Positions 58,079-64,000 of a stretch of 64,000 nucleotides of DNA are shown in pieces. The stretch's first letter is position 1. Each line of letters begins with the position of its first letter. This DNA is from Candidatus Magasanikiibacteriota bacterium (GTDB taxonomy: Bacteria; Patescibacteriota; Patescibacteriia; Magasanikbacterales; UBA922): positions 97,807-161,806 of the forward strand of contig JABIEQ010000014.1 in assembly GCA_018651085.1 (NCBI GenBank), given 5' to 3'. Below the pieces are notes generated by a model. The model was not told where the DNA came from. It worked only from the letters and a program-made list of their open reading frames with translations, and ran no database searches. Made by a program: the position numbers and the translations under genes.

Positions 58079-58960
58079 ATGAAATCAGGCTTTATTGTTC
58101 TTGTAGGAAGATCAAACGTAGGAAAATCCACACTTATTAATACACTTGTTGGAACAAAAATTGCTGCAACAAGTTTTCGTGCACAAATGACAAGGCATGC
58201 AATTCAAGGAGCCATGAACATGCCAGCCTTTACAAATAAGCTAGGAGAAGAAGTTCCAGAAGGACAAGCTGTGTTTATTGATACCCCCGGGATATTTAAA
58301 GACAAAAAAAATCCTCTTTCAGCAAAACTTACACAAAAAGCAAGCCAAGCACTTCAAGGTGTAGACCTTATTATCTACGTTGTTGACCCAACAAGAGAAA
58401 TTGGACAAGAAGAACGAGCTGTCTATGGAATGATTAGACATCTTGATATCCCAAAAATTCTTGTCATGAATAAAAGTGACTTATCTCCAAAAGAACGAGC
58501 TCACGCAAAATCATACGAAATGTGGGGTCCAGATTTTGAATCAGTATTTTCTCTTTCAGCACTTAAAGCAAGTCACATCACCCCATTAAAACAAAAGGTT
58601 ATGGAACTCCTTCCTGAAGGAGAAATCATGTATCCAGAAAAACAACTAACAAATGTCGACAAAAAATTCTGGATTTCAGAAATTATACGAGAAAAAGTAT
58701 TTTCAATTCTAAACAAAGAAGTTCCTTACTCTGTTACTGTAGAAGTGGATGAGGTGGAAGAAAAAAAAGACATTACTGTTATAAAAGCACGAGTACTCAC
58801 CAATGCAGATAGATATAAAAGAATGATTATCGGAAAAGGAGCAAGTACAATCAAAGAAATAGGAAAACTCGCAAGAAAAGAATTAGAACAAGCTACAAAT
58901 CACAAAGTATTTTTAGAACTAGAAGTAGAGGTGGACACACATTGGATAGAAAGAATATAA
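58079..58960 (+). CDS. era: GTPase Era
   Basis: GRSNVGKST, DTPG, NKSD, EVPYS, IIGKG KH domain. Confidence 0.97.
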   Translation: MKSGFIVLVGRSNVGKSTLINTLVGTKIAATSFRAQMTRHAIQGAMNMPAFTNKLGEEVPEGQAVFIDTPGIFKDKKNPLSAKLTQKASQALQGVDLIIYVVDPTREIGQEERAVYGMIRHLDIPKILVMNKSDLSPKERAHAKSYEMWGPDFESVFSLSALKASHITPLKQKVMELLPEGEIMYPEKQLTNVDKKFWISEIIREKVFSILNKEVPYSVTVEVDEVEEKKDITVIKARVLTNADRYKRMIIGKGASTIKEIGKLARKELEQATNHKVFLELEVEVDTHWIERI

Positions 58961-58982
58961 CAACAGCATAATGCACATATCT

Positions 58983-59468
58983 ATGGAAAACATAAAAAAA
59001 GCAGCATTTGGTGCTGGATGTTTTTGGGGAGTTGAAGAATTATTTAGAACAAAAGAAGGGGTCACAAAAACACTCGTTGGATACATGGGAGGAGAAACTG
59101 ACGCCCCTACATACGAACAAGTGTGTAGCAAAAAAACTGGCCATGCAGAAGTCGTCTATATTGAATATAATGAAAAAATAGTTTCTTACGAAACCTTATT
59201 AAACCTCTTTTGGGAAAATCACAATCCGACGACAATGAACCGACAAGGACCTGATATTGGTAGTCAATATCGATCAGTTATTTTCTACTACGATGAAAAC
59301 CAAAAAAATATAGCAGAAAAAAGTAAAACAGATCTTGAAACATCAGCAAAATGGCAAACACCAATTGTTACTCAAATAGTAGATGAAAAAGGGCTTCCAT
59401 TTTATAAAGCAGAAGAATATCATCAACAATACCTAGCTAAACGAGGAGTAGGTAGTTGTCACATATAA
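58983..59468 (+). CDS. msrA: Peptide methionine sulfoxide reductase A
   Basis: GCFWG, TGHAE, QYRS, AEEYHQ. Confidence 0.97.
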   Translation: MENIKKAAFGAGCFWGVEELFRTKEGVTKTLVGYMGGETDAPTYEQVCSKKTGHAEVVYIEYNEKIVSYETLLNLFWENHNPTTMNRQGPDIGSQYRSVIFYYDENQKNIAEKSKTDLETSAKWQTPIVTQIVDEKGLPFYKAEEYHQQYLAKRGVGSCHI

Positions 59469-59471
59469 GAT

Positions 59472-59762
59472 ATGATGACTTTAAAGGAGCAGTTCAAATT
59501 TTTTATTATCCCCTACCACTCTGGGATTTTTAATCTATTTATGCACGCTCTTAGTGGATTTACTCATTACATCGCATTTTCTGAAAAAAATGTATCACTC
59601 ATCCTTGCAGCCTTTATACTCGAAGAAATCGGCCACGGGTATGATTACTTTTGTAAATTTGATAAAACAAACAAAAAAAGATGGATAGAAATCATTCCAC
59701 TAAAAATTGTCTTATGTACTATCTTTGTGATTGTTATGATGTGGATTTTTAATTGGTTTTAG
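59472..59762 (+). CDS. Small membrane protein
   Basis: Hydrophobic; YH..N-x3-H..E-x2-GH pattern. Confidence 0.6.
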   Translation: MMTLKEQFKFFIIPYHSGIFNLFMHALSGFTHYIAFSEKNVSLILAAFILEEIGHGYDYFCKFDKTNKKRWIEIIPLKIVLCTIFVIVMMWIFNWF

Positions 59763-59785
59763 GTACTCTCATATAAAAAACATAT

Positions 59786-60127
59786 ATGGACACAATTACA
59801 TGGGAAGAATTTGAAAAAGTAAATATACGTGTTGGAACAATCATAGAGGCAACCGATTTCAAAGAAGCACGGAAACCCGCATACAAATTACAAATTGATC
59901 TAGGAAAAGAAATCGGCATAAAAAAGTCCAGTGCACAAATAACCACAAAATACACAAAAGAAAGTCTTATAGGAAAACAAGTCCTTTGTGTCATTAATTT
60001 TCCCAAAAAACAAATAGGCCCTTTTATGTCAGAGGTATTAACAACCGGATGTATTACTGATAAAGACGGGACCATTATCTTAATAACCCCAGATCAAAAA
60101 GTAGCCAACGGCTTAAGACTTGCTTAA
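59786..60127 (+). CDS. csaA: tRNA-binding/chaperone CsaA
   Basis: RVGTI, KPAYKL, SSAQIT, NFP-x-KQIG, SEVL. Confidence 0.93.
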   Translation: MDTITWEEFEKVNIRVGTIIEATDFKEARKPAYKLQIDLGKEIGIKKSSAQITTKYTKESLIGKQVLCVINFPKKQIGPFMSEVLTTGCITDKDGTIILITPDQKVANGLRLA

Positions 60128-60210
60128 CTCTCCAATAATGAGTGCACACCATAAGCAATAAAAAACAAAAACATACCCAAATGATGGGTATGCTTTTATT
60201 TGTGTACAAA

Positions 60211-60459
60211 TTATCTTGCGTATTTTTCTTTCAAATAAGAAATAATATCATCACTTTCATACATAGTGACGGGCGCTGCAGGATTATCAGTATCAACCAA
60301 AAAAGGTACTTGTTCTTTTCCACCAAGAGCCACTAAAAATTTTCGCTTTAGACTTCCCTTAGGAACATTTCTAGCAATAAAATCAATATCCATTTCTTCC
60401 ATCGCCATACGCACCTTTGCACAATATGGACAATGTTCCATTTGATAAAGCTCTACCAT
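60211..60459 (-). CDS. Glutaredoxin/GST N-terminal domain protein
   Basis: CPYC, QVPFLVD, YES-x-DI. Confidence 0.9.
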   Translation of the reverse strand: MVELYQMEHCPYCAKVRMAMEEMDIDFIARNVPKGSLKRKFLVALGGKEQVPFLVDTDNPAAPVTMYESDDIISYLKEKYAR

Positions 60460-60477
60460 ATGTATTACATTTAATAA

Positions 60478-60942
60478 TTATTTTGAATGACGTAACAAGG
60501 CCATTTCAACTGCGGTAATTCCCCATTCATATCCATGATTATGATCATCAGTGGAACGAACGATAGCCTGTTCTTCTGTAAACACAGTTAAAACACCAAA
60601 TACAACAGGAATACCAGTATCAAGGTTAAGACGCATAATTCCTTGAGTTATAGCTTCTGCTATATACTCAAAATGCATTGTTTCCCCTTTTATAAGACAA
60701 CCAAGAGGGATCACAGCATCAACCTTCCCTGTATCAATTAAATGTTTTGCAGCTAAAGGTAACTCATATGCACCAGGTACTTCAATAACAACAATATCTT
60801 CTTCACGAATATTAGAATCAATAAGTGCGTCTTTACACCGAGTAAACAAAGAATCCGTTATATGCGCATTCCATCTCGTTTTTATAAGACCAATACGAAG
60901 TCCAGTACCATCAACGGCAGTAAGATCTATTCCTTTTCCCAT
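60478..60942 (-). CDS. ribH: Lumazine synthase
   Basis: VPGAYELP, GETMHFEYI, PVVFGVLT. Confidence 0.96.
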   Translation of the reverse strand: MGKGIDLTAVDGTGLRIGLIKTRWNAHITDSLFTRCKDALIDSNIREEDIVVIEVPGAYELPLAAKHLIDTGKVDAVIPLGCLIKGETMHFEYIAEAITQGIMRLNLDTGIPVVFGVLTVFTEEQAIVRSTDDHNHGYEWGITAVEMALLRHSK

Positions 60943-60947
60943 ATATA

Positions 60948-61298
60948 TTATGCTGTTAATAAAAAATCACGGACAAGTAATACATCAGAAGCGATCTTCT
61001 TTTGCAAATCAGTAACACGATCAAAAGATTCGATCTCGCTCACTTTTTGTATAGGATCCACTTCAAGATAAGTACCATAAAAATTATCACCATCGTACCC
61101 AATAAGATGCACCTCCACTCGTTTTGGTTCACTTTGAATGACAAGAGCCGCTGGATAAGAAATTTTTTCTAACAGTACATGTACTGCATACACACCATCT
61201 TTGAGACGCGTTTTATCAACTGAAATATCAAGATTAGCTGTTGGATATCCAAACTGCCTTCCCTTCTTTTCACCATGGATCACAATACCTCCAAACAT
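60948..61298 (-). CDS. Stand-alone riboflavin kinase domain
   Basis: G-x-V-x-HG-x2-GR-x2-GYPTAN, GVYA, EVHL; no FAD synthetase domain. Confidence 0.9.
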   Translation of the reverse strand: MFGGIVIHGEKKGRQFGYPTANLDISVDKTRLKDGVYAVHVLLEKISYPAALVIQSEPKRVEVHLIGYDGDNFYGTYLEVDPIQKVSEIESFDRVTDLQKKIASDVLLVRDFLLTA

Positions 61299-61299
61299 A

Positions 61300-62565
61300 T
61301 TAATTAATACGTGCTTCTAATAAAGTAAGTGCTCTTTCTAATCCAATATCACGAAAAGCCTGTTCATCAAGCTCATTCTCTATTTCTTCATTTCTCACAA
61401 ACATATCTCCCTCAATAATATCATCAGGAACAATACCATTTCCATTAATCTTTTGTCCATTTGGGGTAAACCACTCAGCAATAGTAAGTTTTAATGCTGA
61501 ACCATCAGAAAGTGGCTGTACGTCTTGCACAGTTCCCTTTCCAAATGTTTTAACTCCAACAATTGTAGCTTTTTCATGATCTTGAAGAGCCCCAGCAACA
61601 ATCTCAGCACCAGAAGCCGTTCCACCATCAACAAGAACAACAGTAGGGATAGAAGAAAAACGATGAGCCCCATGTGTACTATGTGTATCTGTGTTTCCAT
61701 CACTATATGTCTCATATAAAATATCGCCATCATCTATCCATTCACTAGCAACATCAATAGAAGCATTTAAAAAACCACCTGGATTACTTCGAAGATCAAA
61801 TACAATCCCACGAGGATTTTCGGCGACTATTTCTTTAACAATCTTACTGAAATCACGAGAAGTTTCTTCATTAAAATAACTTAAGCGAAGATAAATAATA
61901 CCATTACCCTTACCCTCCCAATCAACAGTAGGAATATTAATCTTATCTCGCACAATTTCTACATCATATGGAGTCCCACCATCTCGAACAATAGTCAAAA
62001 TAACAGTAGTGCCACGTGTCCCTCTAATATGCTCTACAGCCTGCTCAATAGTAATTCCAAAAGTAGATTCTCCATCAATAGAAATAATACTATCACGTGA
62101 ACGAAGCCCAGCTTGTTCAGCAGGAAACCCCTCAAGTGGAGCAACAACAATAAGTTGTTCTTCATTAAAACCAATTTCTGCACCAATACCAGTAAATTCA
62201 CCAGATAAATCACTAAAAAAATCTTTAAATTCTACTGGGGGGAAATACACTGAATAGGGGTCATCAAGACTATTAACCATACCTTCAATCGCCCCATAAA
62301 ACATCGCAACTTCATCAGCTGGTTGAATAACATGGTTAGACGTAATTTTTTTCCAAACATCCCAAAACTGATCAAAACTAACTTCAGAAGAACGAGTCTT
62401 ACTGTATAAATCTACCACTCGTTCAATACGAACATCATCACCTTCAAGGATAGATGATTTAATACTAGAACCAACTCCTATAAAAAAACCTAGACCAAAC
62501 ACAATAAGTATCCCCAAAATAATAACACCAGGACGTACACGCAAAGAATGTGATGTTTTTTTCAT
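61300..62565 (-). CDS. ctpA: S41 carboxy-terminal processing protease with PDZ
   Basis: DPYS, GIG, DLRSNPGG, ASGAE, TFGKG. Confidence 0.93.
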   Translation of the reverse strand: MKKTSHSLRVRPGVIILGILIVFGLGFFIGVGSSIKSSILEGDDVRIERVVDLYSKTRSSEVSFDQFWDVWKKITSNHVIQPADEVAMFYGAIEGMVNSLDDPYSVYFPPVEFKDFFSDLSGEFTGIGAEIGFNEEQLIVVAPLEGFPAEQAGLRSRDSIISIDGESTFGITIEQAVEHIRGTRGTTVILTIVRDGGTPYDVEIVRDKINIPTVDWEGKGNGIIYLRLSYFNEETSRDFSKIVKEIVAENPRGIVFDLRSNPGGFLNASIDVASEWIDDGDILYETYSDGNTDTHSTHGAHRFSSIPTVVLVDGGTASGAEIVAGALQDHEKATIVGVKTFGKGTVQDVQPLSDGSALKLTIAEWFTPNGQKINGNGIVPDDIIEGDMFVRNEEIENELDEQAFRDIGLERALTLLEARIN

Positions 62566-62568
62566 AAT

Positions 62569-63873
62569 TTAATTATCAATACGTTCAATATTAACTCCCA
62601 CTCCACGTAACCGTTCAATAATACGGTCATACGCACGTTCAATTGGATAGGCTTCTAATAATACAGAGGTACCTTTAGCAGCAATCATTGCAATAAGAAG
62701 AGACATTGCAGGGCGAATAGCATAAGGGGCAACAATTTCTGCGCCTTTAAGTTTCGTAGGCCCTTCAATAAGCGCTCTATGCGGATCAAGAAGAAGAACA
62801 TTTGCTCCAAGTTTTTTAAATTCAAGATTATACAACGCCCTATTTTCATAAGGCCAATCATGAATAAGCGTTTTTCCTTTTGCTTGAGTAGCAATAGGAG
62901 CAAAAAACGGAAGGTTATCAATATTAAGACCAGGATATGGACGACACGTAATCTTGTCAGAGAGGGCTTTAAGAGCTGATGGAACAATTTTAATGTCAGC
63001 CACGGGAACATGCCCATTGGTGCTCATCCGACGATTAGTCAACTTAAATATCTGTCCCATAACTCGCAATTTTTCAAGTTCAAGTTCTAAAAATGGAAGC
63101 GGACAATTTTTCACAGTAAGCGGTGACTTTGTTGTAATAGCAAGAGAAATCCAAGCCATAGCATCAATCGGGTCAGGAGATATATAGTATTCCTTAACAT
63201 CATGAAGACGTTTCACTCCATGAATAGTTAATGTGGTCGTTCCAATACCAGTAATCTTTGCTCCAGCCGCAACTAAAAAATGACATAAATCTTGCACCAT
63301 GTAATTAGCAGAAGCAAACTTAATTACAGTGACTCCTTTTGCAAGAACAGCGGCCATAATTGTATTTTCCGTTGGAGTATCTCCCGATTCATACATGACA
63401 ATTTCTGTTCCAACAAGTTTTTTATTTTTAACCAAATAATGCCCTTTTTGAGAATCAATTGAAATACCTAATTTCTGAAGAGCATAAAGATGTGGTCCTA
63501 CAGTTCTTTTCCCTAATTTACATCCACCAGTTCTATAAATTTTATATGTTTTTTCACGAGAAGCCAATCCTCCTAAAAGAAGAAGGGAAATACGGGTAGA
63601 CGCAGAAGCTTTTTTATCAAGGGTTGCCATCGTAAGCTTCTTTGAAGTATCAATTAAAAGTGAATTTTCACTCATCCATTCATAACGAACACCAATACTC
63701 TCAAGAATTTCTAAAACACGAAATACTTCAGCAACCTTTGTAACATCCTTAAAGAGAACCTTTCCCTTTAAAAGTAAAGATGCAAAAAATAATGCAATTG
63801 TTGCATTTTTACCTGAAACTACAGAAATAGTTCCACTAAGTTGTTTACCCCCTTGAATTATGTATTTACTCAT
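62569..63873 (-). CDS. murA: UDP-N-acetylglucosamine 1-carboxyvinyltransferase
   Basis: KNA, GGCKLGKR, TEN, PYPG, ENR, IERAY. Confidence 0.9.
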   Translation of the reverse strand: MSKYIIQGGKQLSGTISVVSGKNATIALFFASLLLKGKVLFKDVTKVAEVFRVLEILESIGVRYEWMSENSLLIDTSKKLTMATLDKKASASTRISLLLLGGLASREKTYKIYRTGGCKLGKRTVGPHLYALQKLGISIDSQKGHYLVKNKKLVGTEIVMYESGDTPTENTIMAAVLAKGVTVIKFASANYMVQDLCHFLVAAGAKITGIGTTTLTIHGVKRLHDVKEYYISPDPIDAMAWISLAITTKSPLTVKNCPLPFLELELEKLRVMGQIFKLTNRRMSTNGHVPVADIKIVPSALKALSDKITCRPYPGLNIDNLPFFAPIATQAKGKTLIHDWPYENRALYNLEFKKLGANVLLLDPHRALIEGPTKLKGAEIVAPYAIRPAMSLLIAMIAAKGTSVLLEAYPIERAYDRIIERLRGVGVNIERIDN

Positions 63874-64000
63874 GAAATAGTTGCATTGCTAGGGCTATTT
63901 AGCTATAGTATAGCCGGTCTAGATAAATAACGCAATTAACAGATGTTTCACACAAAAACCATCCTTACCTTAGGGGTACGACGATTTATCATGGTGTTTT

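Overview
AT-rich (roughly mid-30s % GC by eye) bacterial chromosome segment with most genes on the minus strand. TGA is used as a stop codon, most host genes lack Shine-Dalgarno motifs, RpoA is truncated and the order is rpoA-rplQ-rplM-rpsI, which together point to Patescibacteria/CPR (Parcubacteria-like; inference). Housekeeping content: a full Rrf2-IscS-SUF Fe-S biogenesis operon with a ferredoxin and an FNR-like reductase, a Fur/Zur-ZIP pair, the F1Fo ATP synthase operon (c-subunit with a Na+-binding signature), metG, rsmI, priA-def-fmt, a surface-glycan block, the infA-alpha-L13/S9 ribosomal cluster, pyrG, era, msrA, ribH/riboflavin kinase, an S41 protease and murA. Most interesting: (1) a tight CotH-kinase/VTC polyphosphate polymerase/DUF4956 membrane-protein operon, possibly a polyP-fuelled extracellular phosphorylation system; (2) four GC-rich, self-contained orphan transcription units (17.3, 24.3, 25.7, 44.2 kb), each with a near-consensus sigma70 promoter, an SD-like motif and structured UTRs, three carrying an ORF with foreign codon usage and one with a ~320-nt folded leader; (3) an unassigned ~235-nt structured RNA at 36.8 kb; (4) a 41-aa, 8-Cys metallothionein-like ORF missed by the ORF track. 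No tRNA, rRNA, CRISPR array or transposase was seen.
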